64,000 bases of DNA from an uncultured Acidimicrobiales bacterium (GCA_964618115.1 CAZTZI010000206.1:5779-69778); one strand, 5' to 3'. Shown: positions 1 through 9,969, counted from the first letter of the stretch. Notes: generated from the sequence alone by a model not told the origin. Program-made: numbers and translations.

Positions 1-839
1 GCCGCCCCGGTGCGGGAGAAGTCCAGGACCATGCGGTCGCCGCTGATCGTGAGGTCCAGCGCCACGGGGATGGGGGCGTCCACCCTGCCGTCGTTGTCCA
101 GGAAGTCCTCGGCGGCGTAGGTCCCGTCGGGCAGGGAGGCGATGTTGGCCCGCATGAGCCGGGCGGCGCGGGCGGTGAGCTCGCCGAAGGCCGCGGCGAT
201 GACCTCGGCGCCGAACTCGTCGATCACCTCGCCCAGCCGGCGCACCCCGAGGTCCAGGGCGTTGAGCTGGGCGTGGAGATCGCCGTAGGCGTGGCCGGGC
301 ACCCGGCCGATGCTGCGGATGAGGGCCACCACGTCGCCGCGCAGCTCGCCGCCGTCGCACAGCTTCATCGGCGGGACGAGCACGCCCTCCTGGGCGCTCT
401 CGGTCGCCGAGGGGTTGTAGTTGCCGGGGACGGCGCCCCCCACGTCGGTGTAGTGCCCCACCGAGGCCAACCAGCAGAACAGGCCGCCGTCACAGAAGTA
501 GGGGCGCACGAGCTTCATGTCGTTGAGGTGCGTGCCGCCCCGGTAGGGATCGTTGAAGATCCAGATATCGCCGTCGGCCGGCCCGCCGCCGGCGGTGGCC
601 GCCTCGATGGCGAGTTCGACGGCGCCCGCCATGGTGCCGGCGAAGATCGGCAGCCCGGAGGCGCCCTGGACCAGCGTCGCCCCGGTGGTGGCGTGGTAGA
701 TGCCGTGGGAGGCGTCGTGAGCCTCGGCGATGATGGGGTTGAAGGCCGAGCGGAACAGGGTGGCGTCCATCTCGTCCACGAGTTGCTCGAACCGCCCCTG
801 GAGAACGGCCAGCGTCACCGGATCCAGTGCGACGCTCAC
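1..839 (-). CDS. Hydantoinase B/oxoprolinase family protein (N-terminal part; runs off the window)
   Basis: Manual translation from GTG at 839 gives MSVALDPVTLAVLQGRFEQLVDEMDATLFRSAFNPIIAEAHDASHGIY, later NDPYRGGTHLND, typical of hydantoinase B. Missing from the ORF track because it has no stop inside the window. Confidence 0.88.
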   Translation of the reverse strand, partial: MSVALDPVTLAVLQGRFEQLVDEMDATLFRSAFNPIIAEAHDASHGIYHATTGATLVQGASGLPIFAGTMAGAVELAIEAATAGGGPADGDIWIFNDPYRGGTHLNDMKLVRPYFCDGGLFCWLASVGHYTDVGGAVPGNYNPSATESAQEGVLVPPMKLCDGGELRGDVVALIRSIGRVPGHAYGDLHAQLNALDLGVRRLGEVIDEFGAEVIAAAFGELTARAARLMRANIASLPDGTYAAEDFLDNDGRVDAPIPVALDLTISGDRMVLDFSRTGA

Positions 840-930
840 GGGCGCGACACCGTCCTTCCGATCCTCCCGACCGCTGCACCGCCACCGCCGACCTGCGTGA
901 CCGGCTGCGCCACCGGATCCCCCACGACCC

Positions 931-2325
931 TCATGCGCGCAGTTCCCGTAGCGGCGCCAGCAGGCCCGTCGCGTCGCCCGCCGTCGCCAGGGCGCCCGTG
1001 CGCTCGACCAGTTCGTCCCGCCGAGCCGGCTCCAGCAGACCGTCGGCGTTGTCGGCGAACTTGGCGGCCAGCTCGGCCGAACTCAGTGGCAGTTCCGGTC
1101 CGCCCCGGTTGGCCCGGCGTTCGGAGACCAGCTGCGAACCGTCCCGTGTCTCCACCGTCAGGACCGCCGGCAACTGGTAGGGATAGATCTCGAGCAGATC
1201 CGGGTCGCCTACGACGTCGATGCGGCGCATCAGCTCCCGCCGCCGCGGGTCCCGGGCCAGCGCGTCGCTGAAGTCCTCCAGGCCCACGCCCAGTCCCCCT
1301 CCCCCGCAGAGCGCCGCGGCCACCGCGTACGGGCCGCTGAACTGGGCCGCGTAGCCCGTCTCGGGGGCGCGCTTGACCTCGATCGGCTCGCCGATGGTGC
1401 GCACGGTCGGCGGGGCGACGGCGAGGGAGACGGCCGCCACGTCGCCGGGCCGGAGCCCGCGCTCGCGCAGCGCCAGAGCCGCATCGATCCCGGCGTGCGT
1501 GAAATGGTTGGCGGGATACGGCTTGTAAGCGACGTCGGCGGCGTGCCAGCGGTCGCCGACGTCGTCGATGACCGCCTCGGGCCGGGCGGCGTCACCCAGG
1601 AGCGCCGCGAACAGCCCGAACCGGCCCTCGACCGCCGTCGGCGCGCCGGTGATGCCGCGGCACGCCAGTTCGGCGGCGGTGACCCCGGCCCGGGCCGCCC
1701 ACCCGCAGTGCAGGCGCTTGACGGTGCCGCCGGTCCGGTTGGATTCCAGGATCCCGCTGGCGAGGGAGCAGGCAATGGCCATGGCGTGGGTCACCGTGGC
1801 GACCTCGGCCCCGCGGATCCGCGCCGAGGCGGCCGCAGAGCCCACCGCCCCGCAGACGGACGTGGCGTGCTGGCCCCGCTCGAAGAACACCGACCGGCGG
1901 CCCTCCGGATCGAAGCCCCCCATGCCGAGACGGACGCACACCTCGATGCCCACGGCGATGGCCGACAGCACGTCGGCGTCGGGATCGCCGGCGCCCTCCG
2001 CGGTGGCGAGAACCGCCGGCACGATGGAGGCACTGGGGTGCAGGATCGAGGGCAGGTGCGTGTCGTCGTAGTCGAGGGAGTGGGCCAGCACGCCGTTCAC
2101 GAAGGCCGCCTCGGCGGCGGGCAGGCGTCGCTCCACACCGATGGCACTGGCCTGCGGTGATCCCCCCTGGGACTCGGAGAACGCGGCCACGGCCCGGCTC
2201 GTGTCGAGTTCGGTTGCACGGATGGCGATGCCGAGCACGTCGAGGACGCGGCTCGGCATCTCCGCCAGCAGCGACCCGGGCACCGGGCCGACGGCCATGG
2301 CGCCGAGCGAGCGCAGGATCGTCAC
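931..2325 (-). CDS. MmgE/PrpD family protein
   Basis: AAFVNGVLAHSLDYDDTH, HPSASIVPA, KRLHCGWAA and KPYPANHFTH motifs. Start moved from 2460 to GTG 2325 to avoid overlap with the cyclase gene. Confidence 0.88.
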   Translation of the reverse strand: MTILRSLGAMAVGPVPGSLLAEMPSRVLDVLGIAIRATELDTSRAVAAFSESQGGSPQASAIGVERRLPAAEAAFVNGVLAHSLDYDDTHLPSILHPSASIVPAVLATAEGAGDPDADVLSAIAVGIEVCVRLGMGGFDPEGRRSVFFERGQHATSVCGAVGSAAASARIRGAEVATVTHAMAIACSLASGILESNRTGGTVKRLHCGWAARAGVTAAELACRGITGAPTAVEGRFGLFAALLGDAARPEAVIDDVGDRWHAADVAYKPYPANHFTHAGIDAALALRERGLRPGDVAAVSLAVAPPTVRTIGEPIEVKRAPETGYAAQFSGPYAVAAALCGGGGLGVGLEDFSDALARDPRRRELMRRIDVVGDPDLLEIYPYQLPAVLTVETRDGSQLVSERRANRGGPELPLSSAELAAKFADNADGLLEPARRDELVERTGALATAGDATGLLAPLRELRA

Positions 2326-2341
2326 CGGCTCGAAGGGATCG

Positions 2342-3184
2342 TCACGGTCCGGGCGCGTCGTCCTCGACGGTGACGGCAAGCGGGCGCGCCGGTGCGCCGG
2401 TGGCCCCGAAGACGTTGAGATGCCCCAGCACGAACAGGAACTCACCGGACCCCGCCGCACTCAGTTCCTCAAGGTCCAGCACCTCGACGATGTTGATGCC
2501 GGCTTCGGTGAGCAGGATCCGGTGAACGGGCAGCAGGGCGTGACCGGCACCCGGCGCGAGCACTTCGAAGGCGAGCGTGTCGGCGCCGACCAGGGACACA
2601 CCCCGCTCCGCCAGCCACCGGGCCCCGGCGGTCCCGACGCCGGGGACACCGCTGCGGGCGCCGCGGAAGCGCTCGGGATCATCGATGTGGCACCCCCACC
2701 CGGTACGGACGAGGACGGCGTCGTTCGCCCCGACGGGCGTGGCTTGGGCGACAGCGGTGGCCTCGAGGTCCTCGACGGTGATCTCGTAGCCGGGCGCGCA
2801 GCAATCCACGCCGAGTTGCGCAGGCACGTCCATAAGCACACCGCGCCCCACGAAGGGCGGCAGCTCGTGGATTCCCAGCGACTCGAAGCGCCCTCCGGAC
2901 TGAGCCACCCGTGCGTCGACGCCTCCGTGGAGCCGGCCGTCCTGGCTGACGTGGGCCAATGCGTCCACGTGCGTGCCGACGTGGCATCCCATCGTGATCA
3001 GATCGGAGGCTGCCGAACCGCCGTCGGCGCGCACCATGTCGCCGTGGCGACGGTCGAGGCAGTGGCGGAACGCCGGATGGTTGGGCGACTGCGCCATGCC
3101 ATTGCGCAGCGGTCGCCCCAAATCGAACACCCGTGCGCCGCCGATGAGTTCCAGCAGGCGCCTCTGCGCAGCCGCGGCGGTCAC
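2342..3184 (-). CDS. Cyclase family metal-dependent hydrolase (kynurenine formamidase-like)
   Basis: HVGTHVDALAH motif, LVRTGW, GADT, HRILL and IVEVLDL. Confidence 0.9.
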   Translation of the reverse strand: MTAAAAQRRLLELIGGARVFDLGRPLRNGMAQSPNHPAFRHCLDRRHGDMVRADGGSAASDLITMGCHVGTHVDALAHVSQDGRLHGGVDARVAQSGGRFESLGIHELPPFVGRGVLMDVPAQLGVDCCAPGYEITVEDLEATAVAQATPVGANDAVLVRTGWGCHIDDPERFRGARSGVPGVGTAGARWLAERGVSLVGADTLAFEVLAPGAGHALLPVHRILLTEAGINIVEVLDLEELSAAGSGEFLFVLGHLNVFGATGAPARPLAVTVEDDAPGP

Positions 3185-4404
3185 GCCAGAACCTGACGTT
3201 CCCGCAGCGCGGCGATGAGGTCGGGAGCGATGTCCAACTCACCGCTGAGGATCGCGTCGGTGTCCGCGCCGAGCGGCCGGCCGGTGTGGCGGATGTCCCC
3301 GGGCGTCGCCGAGAGCCGGAAGGGCACGTTCTGCATGCGCAGCGGCCCAAGTTCCTCATCCGCCACGGTGGCCAGCGCTCCCCGGTGGACGACCTGCGGA
3401 TCGACGACGTAGTCGGCCACGCCGTAGACCGGGGCGATCGCCACGTCGGCCGTCTCGAAGGCGGCGATGACCTCATCAAGGGTGCGCTCACCGATCCAGG
3501 CGGCCATCAGGGAGTCGATCTCCTCGGCATGGGCGGCCCGGCCGGCGCCGGTGGCGAACCACGGCTCTTCGGCGATTTCCGGGCGGCCGACCAGCGCGAG
3601 CGCCCGCGCCGCCACCGGGTCGGCGCTGGTCGACACCGCCACCCAGGAGCCGTCGGCCGTGAGGTAGGTGTTGCGGGGGGAGTTGTTGAGCGAGCGGTTC
3701 CCCTGCCGGGTCGTTTCCTCACCGAACTGGTCGTAGCTCAGGATGTGCGGGCCGAGTGCGGCCACCATGGGCTCGAGGATGCTGAGATCGATGACCTGGC
3801 CCGCGCCGGTCGCGTCCCGGTGCCGCAGGGCCATCAGCACCGCGGCCGCGGCGGCGAGGCCGGCGATGCTGTCAGCCAGCCCGAACGGCGGGAGCGTGGG
3901 GGGGCCTTCCGGCTCGCCCGTCATGTGCGCGAACCCGCTCATGGCCTCGATGAGCGTGCCGAAGGCGGGGCGCGAGGCGTAGGGGCCGTCCTGACCGAAG
4001 CCGGTCACCCGGCAGAGCACGAGCCGCGGGTTGATCTCGGCCAGCCGATCCCGGCCGAGTCCCCAGCGTTCCAGCGTGCCGGGCCGGAAGTTCTCGACCA
4101 CCGCGTCCGCGGTCGCGACGAGCCTCTCGAAGAGGGCCGCTGCATCGGGATCGCCGAGGTAGAGGCCGATGCAGCGCTTGTTCCGGCTGACCATCTTCCA
4201 CCACAGTCCCTGCCCGTCCCGCTGACGACCGTGACCCCGCAGGCTGTCTCCCCTGACAGGATGCTCGATCTTGATCACCTCGGCTCCGTAGTCGCCCAGC
4301 AACTGGCAGGCGAGCGGGCCGGCGAGCATCGTGGAGCAGTCCAGGACGCGTAGATCGGCGAGCGGGCCGGACCGTGGTCCCTCCGCGGCGTGGCTCGAAT
4401 CCAC
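3181..4404 (-). CDS. Family III CoA-transferase (CaiB/BaiF)
   Basis: GPLADLRVLD, LAGP, GAEVIKIEHP, SRNKR, ENFRPGTLERWGL and VTGFGQDGPY. Start placed at GTG 4404. Confidence 0.92.
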   Translation of the reverse strand: MDSSHAAEGPRSGPLADLRVLDCSTMLAGPLACQLLGDYGAEVIKIEHPVRGDSLRGHGRQRDGQGLWWKMVSRNKRCIGLYLGDPDAAALFERLVATADAVVENFRPGTLERWGLGRDRLAEINPRLVLCRVTGFGQDGPYASRPAFGTLIEAMSGFAHMTGEPEGPPTLPPFGLADSIAGLAAAAAVLMALRHRDATGAGQVIDLSILEPMVAALGPHILSYDQFGEETTRQGNRSLNNSPRNTYLTADGSWVAVSTSADPVAARALALVGRPEIAEEPWFATGAGRAAHAEEIDSLMAAWIGERTLDEVIAAFETADVAIAPVYGVADYVVDPQVVHRGALATVADEELGPLRMQNVPFRLSATPGDIRHTGRPLGADTDAILSGELDIAPDLIAALRERQVLA

Positions 4405-4422
4405 GGCCCGATTGTAAACGCT

Positions 4423-4439
4423 GTTTCGTTCAGCGGAAC
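4423..4439. promoter_or_regulatory. Putative IclR operator (GTTTCGTTCAGCGGAAC)
   Basis: One mismatch to the GTTCC-N7-GGAAC palindrome, just upstream of the CoA-transferase operon. Confidence 0.7.
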
Positions 4440-4504
4440 AGATAGGACCATCAGCTTGCTTCTGCCGCGGTTTCGGTGCCGAGGTGAGCCATGATTGGCC
4501 TAGT

Positions 4505-4521
4505 GTTCCCCTGAGCGGAAC
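4505..4521. promoter_or_regulatory. Putative IclR operator (GTTCCCCTGAGCGGAAC), likely autoregulatory
   Basis: Palindrome immediately upstream of the IclR gene. Confidence 0.75.
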
Positions 4522-4529
4522 AGCGACAT

Positions 4530-5393
4530 GTGGACGAACGAATGGGAGGCGCGGAGGTGGACACACCGTCGGGGCACCCGGGGGCACCGGCAAGCGATCG
4601 CGCGGACGGCGAGGGCGCCGGGGCGGAGACCTCCTCGGGGCGCGGTGTCGCCTCGGTCGAACGTGCCGGCAACGTGCTGTTCTGTCTCGCACGGGCCGGC
4701 GCGCCCCGGGGGGTGACCGGGATCGCCTCCGAACTGGGCATCTCCAAGGCCGTCGTCCACCGCATCCTCACGTCGCTGCTGCAGCGCGACCTCGTGACGA
4801 TGGACGCCAACACGCGCCGGTACGCCCTCGGTCCCGCCGTGTTGGAACTGGCGGCCGCCTACCGCTCCCAACTCGACATCAGAGTGCTGGCGCTCGAGAC
4901 GATGCGGGATCTGGTGGCGGCGACCGGAGAGACGTCCACCCTCTCGATCCTTCACAACGACCGCCGCGTCTACGTGGACCAGGTCACTCCCAACCGAGAG
5001 GTCAGGATGACCGTCGAGGTGGGCGCCTCCTTCCCGCTCCACGCGGGCGCCTCCTCGAAGGCCTTCCTGGCCTGGTTCCCCGAGGAGAAGCAGCGCGCCT
5101 ACCTGGCCTCACCGCTGGAGCCTCTGACCGAGTCCACGATCACCGATGCCACCGAGTTGCGCCGGGAACTCTCGCGCATCCGCCAGCAGGGTTTCGCCGT
5201 GTCGCTCGGGGAGCGCCAAGCGGGGGCGGGCTCGGTGGCCGCGCCGCTGCTGGACGAGCAACTCTCGCCGGTGGCAGTCCTCAGCGTTTGCGGACCGCTC
5301 CAGCGGTTCACCGCGGAGATCGCCGGCGCAGCGGCCGAGTTGGTGCGGGCGACCAGGGCCTTGTCCCGCAAGCTCGGCGCCCCCCTGGAGTGA
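4530..5393 (+). CDS. IclR family transcriptional regulator
   Basis: SVERAGNVL...GVTGIASELGISKAVVHRILTSL HTH, YALGP, TGETSTL, PLHAGASSKAFLA and SVAAPL effector domain. True start may be 4542 or 4557. Confidence 0.93.
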   Translation: MDERMGGAEVDTPSGHPGAPASDRADGEGAGAETSSGRGVASVERAGNVLFCLARAGAPRGVTGIASELGISKAVVHRILTSLLQRDLVTMDANTRRYALGPAVLELAAAYRSQLDIRVLALETMRDLVAATGETSTLSILHNDRRVYVDQVTPNREVRMTVEVGASFPLHAGASSKAFLAWFPEEKQRAYLASPLEPLTESTITDATELRRELSRIRQQGFAVSLGERQAGAGSVAAPLLDEQLSPVAVLSVCGPLQRFTAEIAGAAAELVRATRALSRKLGAPLE

Positions 5394-6976
5394 GCGTGCC
5401 GGGAGTCACCGTCGCCGCAGTCCAGTTCGCGACGTCCACCGACGTCGAAGAGAACCTGGCCACCTGCCTGCGGATGATCGATTCCGCCGCGGCGACGGGC
5501 GCGCAACTCATCGTCCTCCCGGAGTTCTCCAACCATCCCTCCGTGTATGACAGTGCCGAGCACTGCCATCGCGTGGCCCTGGACCTCGACGGGCACTTCG
5601 TGGATTCCTGCGCCCGGCGCGCTCGCCGCCATGAGGCACACGTCGTCCTCACCGTGACCGTGAGGCGTCCGGACGGTGTGACGATCACCAACCTGCTGCT
5701 CGATCCCCGCGGGCGGCTCGCCGCCCAGGCCGACAAGCAGACGCTGATGGGCAACGAGCGGGACTACCTGCGACCGGGGTCGCGGGTGGCGCCCGTCATC
5801 GAGACCACGTTCGGCCCGGTCGGCATGTACTCCTGCATGGACGGCGTGACCTGCGAGGTGCCGCGGGCGCTCGCCGTGGGGGGCGCGCGCCTGCTGACCA
5901 ACAGCCTCAACTCCTTCGCCCTCGACGAGGCCGCGCTCCACGTCCCGGTGAGGGCCGTGGAGAACCAGGTATTCGTCGTGTCCGCCAACAAGGTGGGACC
6001 GCTCGTGCCCGCCCACCGCCTGGAGGCCTTCGTCGCCGCCCTCGACATCCCGGCGGCCGCGCTCGACGGGGCCGGGGAGAGCCAGATCATCGCGCCGGAC
6101 GGCTCCGTGCTGGCGAAGGCGCCCCGGCTCGGTGAGCACGTGGTGAGCGCCACCGTGGATCTCACAGAGGTGGACCGCGCCCGAGCCGCCGACCCGCTGC
6201 CGGCACGGCGCCCGCAGCTCTACGCGGCCCTCGCCGGATCGCAAACCCTGACCCCCCCTTCGAACAGCGCCGAGACCCTGCTCGCCGGCGCCGCGGCGGC
6301 GCCGAGCGGGGTGGCCGAGTTGCTGGAGGCCGGGGCGAGACTGCTGGTCCTGCCCGAACTCTGCGAGCCGCCCGCGCCGATCCCGCACGGGGTGACGGTC
6401 GTCGGTACCCGGCGGGACGGCAGCCGGCACCTCGGCGTGGCGACCAACGCCTCCGGCGTCCTGCTCGAGCAGCCGCAGCTCCATCACACGGCCAGATTGC
6501 CCTGGGCCGCGGGCGACGGCGACGGGCTGGCAACGGTGGACCTTCCCTGGGGACGCCTCGCCGTGGCGATCGGCGACGACATCGCGCTCCCGGAGGTGGC
6601 CCGCCTGGCCGCGCTGGCGGGAGTGAACGTGCTGGCGGTGTGCCACCGGCCTGAGCGACCCACCGACGTGGACCTCCTGCTCCTGGAGCGGGCGGCCGAG
6701 AACCGTCTCTGCATCGTGGCGGCGTCCCCGGTCGGCCCCACCTCCGGCTGCGCGCTGATCAGCCCGCCGGCCTACTCGCTGTTCGCGACGGATCGCACGC
6801 ATCCCTTCGACGGCACGATCAACATGCCGGACCTCCGGCGCATCGGATCCGGGCAGGATCACCTCCTCGGCACGATCCACCCTCGCCGGGCCGCCCAGCG
6901 GGAGGTGTCGCTGCAGACCGATCTCGTTGCCGGTCGCGCTCGCGCGGCTGCCGTCCGGCTGGTGGGGTCGGGCTGA
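5390..6976 (+). CDS. Carbon-nitrogen hydrolase (nitrilase superfamily) with a second degenerate domain
   Basis: VAAVQF, LIVLPEF (Glu), ADKQ (Lys), YSCMD (Cys) and RAVENQVFV; the C-terminal half repeats LLVLPEL and ERAAENRL. GTG start overlaps the IclR stop. Confidence 0.85.
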   Translation: MSVPGVTVAAVQFATSTDVEENLATCLRMIDSAAATGAQLIVLPEFSNHPSVYDSAEHCHRVALDLDGHFVDSCARRARRHEAHVVLTVTVRRPDGVTITNLLLDPRGRLAAQADKQTLMGNERDYLRPGSRVAPVIETTFGPVGMYSCMDGVTCEVPRALAVGGARLLTNSLNSFALDEAALHVPVRAVENQVFVVSANKVGPLVPAHRLEAFVAALDIPAAALDGAGESQIIAPDGSVLAKAPRLGEHVVSATVDLTEVDRARAADPLPARRPQLYAALAGSQTLTPPSNSAETLLAGAAAAPSGVAELLEAGARLLVLPELCEPPAPIPHGVTVVGTRRDGSRHLGVATNASGVLLEQPQLHHTARLPWAAGDGDGLATVDLPWGRLAVAIGDDIALPEVARLAALAGVNVLAVCHRPERPTDVDLLLLERAAENRLCIVAASPVGPTSGCALISPPAYSLFATDRTHPFDGTINMPDLRRIGSGQDHLLGTIHPRRAAQREVSLQTDLVAGRARAAAVRLVGSG

Positions 6977-7034
6977 ACGCGGGGCACTCCGTCACGCGCT
7001 GACCGCGACCCTGCGGCAGCGCGGCATGCGGCGG

Positions 7035-7841
7035 TCAGCGCGGCGCTTCGGGCAGACCCACCCGGGCCCGTTCCAGGATCCGCCGCGCCAGACGAACGGT
7101 GGCGTTGTCGACGAACGCTCCGTCGACGACCGCCGGCTCCCCGTCAGCGGCGGCGTGGGCGGCCACGAGGCGCCGCGCCCGGCGGATTTCCTCCTCGCCG
7201 GGGGTGAACACCCTGTTGACAGTCGCCACTTGGTGGGGATGAAGGACGCTGCGACCGCCGAAGCCCTGCCGGTACAACTGCCGGCTCGTGTGCTCCAGCG
7301 CCTCGTCGTCGCCCAGATCGGTGGGGGCCGGGCCGACGGGGGGCTCCAGTCCCGCCGCGGCCGACGCCACCACCACGTCGCTGCGGATCGCCCACAGCTC
7401 GCGCCCGTCGGCCGACGTGACCACGCCCAACTCGGCGCAGAGGTCCGCCTCACCGAGGGCGAGGCGCACGACCTGCGGGTGGGCGGCGATCCGGTCGAGA
7501 GACCGAACGCCCGCGGCCGTCTCGATCAGGGCCTGCACCGGAACGGCGGCGGCGGCGCAGGCCTCCTCGGTGGCCTTCGGCACCACAGCACCGGCCGCCC
7601 GTGACCGCGCGACCATCGCCAGGTCCTCGGCCAGCAGTTCCGCGTGGTTGTTGACCCTGATCCAGACCGCCAACGGTGGCGGCTCGTGGAGCCACGCCGC
7701 AACGGCGGCGCGGGCCTCCCGCTTGACATCGGCCCCGACGGCGTCCTCGAGGTCGACGATCACGGCATCGGCCCCGCTGGCGGCGGCCTTGGCGAACCGG
7801 TCGGGCCGGTGGCCGGGAACGTACAGGTAACTTCGGTTCAC
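7035..7841 (-). CDS. CitE-like CoA ester lyase (HpcH/HpaI aldolase/citrate lyase beta family)
   Basis: RSYLYVPGHRPDRFAKA, DAVIVDLEDAV, WIRVN, VPK, LIETAAG, GEADL and LHPHQV. Confidence 0.9.
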   Translation of the reverse strand: MNRSYLYVPGHRPDRFAKAAASGADAVIVDLEDAVGADVKREARAAVAAWLHEPPPLAVWIRVNNHAELLAEDLAMVARSRAAGAVVPKATEEACAAAAVPVQALIETAAGVRSLDRIAAHPQVVRLALGEADLCAELGVVTSADGRELWAIRSDVVVASAAAGLEPPVGPAPTDLGDDEALEHTSRQLYRQGFGGRSVLHPHQVATVNRVFTPGEEEIRRARRLVAAHAAADGEPAVVDGAFVDNATVRLARRILERARVGLPEAPR

Positions 7842-7921
7842 AGGTACTCCCGGAGGCGACGGTTGCACGTGCCGTAGCGTTGACACTCTGCGGCGTGCAT
7901 TCTAGCGTTCAGTGAAACATC

Positions 7922-7938
7922 GTTCCGCTGAGCGGAAC
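7922..7938. promoter_or_regulatory. Putative IclR operator (GTTCCGCTGAGCGGAAC), with a weaker site at 7902-7918
   Basis: Perfect 8-bp inverted repeat around one base, in the divergent citE / RCCR-like intergenic region. Confidence 0.8.
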
Positions 7939-7973
7939 CAGAGCCGCGGCCGGGACGACCACGGGAAGTGTGC

Positions 7974-8798
7974 ATGCGGGAGACACTCGAGGGCGTCGAA
8001 GAGATCTTCGACCGCCGGGCGAAACGTGACACGACCGCCGTCGTCGAGCACCTGTGGGCCACGACCGAGGAGTTGATGTCCAAGCTCCGAGATCGCTTCG
8101 AACTCGCCCGCGACCCGAGCACCACCGATCTGGAGTCCTACCGCGGCGCGGCCGAATACCCCGCGGGGCGCCTCGCCGCCTACGCCGGCCCGGAGATCGA
8201 CTGGCTCGTGCACAGCTGGATGGGGAACCCACCTCTGGGGTTCACCAACATGCACGTCACGGTCTGGTTGGGCCCCCACATCGAGGTGCCCCACTTCGGG
8301 TTCGCCTGCGGGACCCTGCCCGACGTGTGGTTCTACGTCGACTACAACTCCCGCTCGGACCTCATGCTCGACACCGAGGCCCTCGAGCGTTACTACCAGC
8401 CGCTCAACGAGCAGTTCCTGGCCCTCAGAGCCGACCCCGGCCTCGTGCCCTTCACCTCCAAGGCCCTCTACGTCCGCCAGGCGCTGTCTCATGTGGCGCT
8501 CTGCTTCACCACCGATGCCACACCGGAGCGGCTGGCACAGATCCGCGAACTGGCCCACGACCGCCTGGACCGGTGGCTCGGCCATGTGGACGAGGCGGAG
8601 CCGACCCGACCGGACCGCCGCGCCCTGCTGGCGGCGCACGACCTCACCCGGCGCCGCAACATCGCCGAACGCGATCCCGCGAACGTCATGGGCGTACGGT
8701 TCTTCGGCGAGGAGATGACCGACCGGCTCGTCCGGGCGCTCTGGGGAGGCGACCGCCTCCTGGGAAGCCCCGGCGCGGACACGACGAAGGCGGAGTGA
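7974..8798 (+). CDS. RCCR-like / ferredoxin-dependent bilin reductase fold protein (copy 1)
   Basis: Ordered motifs EIDWLVHSW, VPHFGF, YVDYNSRSDLMLDTEALERYY, PFTSKALYVRQALS, DRWL and ERDPAN...FFG match my recollection of plant and cyanobacterial RCCR sequences. Confidence 0.75.
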   Translation: MRETLEGVEEIFDRRAKRDTTAVVEHLWATTEELMSKLRDRFELARDPSTTDLESYRGAAEYPAGRLAAYAGPEIDWLVHSWMGNPPLGFTNMHVTVWLGPHIEVPHFGFACGTLPDVWFYVDYNSRSDLMLDTEALERYYQPLNEQFLALRADPGLVPFTSKALYVRQALSHVALCFTTDATPERLAQIRELAHDRLDRWLGHVDEAEPTRPDRRALLAAHDLTRRRNIAERDPANVMGVRFFGEEMTDRLVRALWGGDRLLGSPGADTTKAE

Positions 8799-8799
8799 C

Positions 8800-9969
8800 G
8801 TGCTCATCAAGAACCAGTGGTACGCCATCGAGTTCGGCCCCGTCGTGGCCGATCGGCCCGTGGCGGTGCCGGTCCACGGCCACGATCTCGTGCTGTACCG
8901 CACCAGCGACGGGACCGTGCACGCGCAGGCCGACCTGTGCGTGCACCGCGGTGGCGCGCTGTCCGGCGGGCGGGTTGTGGATGACTGCCTGCAGTGCCCC
9001 TACCACGGCTGGCGGTACGACACCGACGGCCGCTGCATCAGGATCCCGGCCAACCGCCCGGAGGTGCCGATCCCTCGCAAGGCCCGCATCGACACCTATC
9101 CGTGCGTCGAGCGCCACGGCTTCGTGTGGGTGTTCCTCGGTGACGCCCCCGAGCCGGAACGGCCACCGCTGCCCGTACTCGAGGGCCTCGATGCCCGCAC
9201 GGAGGCGTGGCGGGACGGCAGCCGAGCGGTGCGGGGCACGTTCGAGTGGCAGGCCAACTACGACCGCGTGCTGGAGAACGCCTTCGACATCGCCCACACC
9301 CCGTTCGTGCACGCCGGATCGTTCGGGAACCCCGACAAGCCCGAGATCCAGGACTACGAGGTGGAGCAGAACGTCGAGAACGGTCACCTCACCTCGGTGA
9401 CGGCCACCGTGGATCTGGACCCGCCCCCGCCGCGGGGCCGGTGGGCGAAGGTCTACCGGACCGAGGGGGATCGGCCCCCGGTGCGCACCACCACCGGCTT
9501 CTACCCGCCGAACGTGTCGCTGCTCATCGTCCGCCCGCCCCTCGGCGAGATCCGGATCTACACGGCCGCCGTCCCCATCGACGAGCACAGAACGATCTCC
9601 AAGTTCTACATGTTCCGCGACTTCTTCACGGGGCGCTGGGCCGACCGCGACTCCATAGCCCGAACTCTGAAGATCTTCCTCCAGGACCAGATCACCGTCG
9701 AGCGCCAGCGCCCGGAACTGCTGCCCTTCGATCTGGCCGCCGAACTCCACGTCAAGTCCGACTCGATCCAGCTGGCCTACCGCAGGTGGCGTCAGGACTG
9801 CCTGGACCGGGGTCTCGGCCTGGCGACACCCAGCGATGCCGAGACCGCCCGCCGGGTGGCGGTGATCCCGTCCCCCGCGCGCGCCGCGGATGCCGAGATG
9901 GCCGGGGCCTGGGTCTTCGGTGCGGTACCCGCCGGCGGCGAGGGGACCTCGACCGGGGAGACGACGTGA
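8800..9969 (+). CDS. Rieske non-heme iron oxygenase (PaO/VanA/KshA class)
   Basis: Rieske ligands CVHRG and CPYHGW; mononuclear iron motif ENAFDIAHTPFVH; distal IFLQD. Confidence 0.92.
   Translation: MLIKNQWYAIEFGPVVADRPVAVPVHGHDLVLYRTSDGTVHAQADLCVHRGGALSGGRVVDDCLQCPYHGWRYDTDGRCIRIPANRPEVPIPRKARIDTYPCVERHGFVWVFLGDAPEPERPPLPVLEGLDARTEAWRDGSRAVRGTFEWQANYDRVLENAFDIAHTPFVHAGSFGNPDKPEIQDYEVEQNVENGHLTSVTATVDLDPPPPRGRWAKVYRTEGDRPPVRTTTGFYPPNVSLLIVRPPLGEIRIYTAAVPIDEHRTISKFYMFRDFFTGRWADRDSIARTLKIFLQDQITVERQRPELLPFDLAAELHVKSDSIQLAYRRWRQDCLDRGLGLATPSDAETARRVAVIPSPARAADAEMAGAWVFGAVPAGGEGTSTGETT

Noticed and set aside
4484-5389. N-terminal extension of the 830-aa ORF, and similar extensions at 9207, 10385, 36020, 56187 and 57793
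   Set aside because: They overlap well-supported genes in other frames and read as Arg/Pro/Gly-rich shadow translation typical of high-GC DNA.
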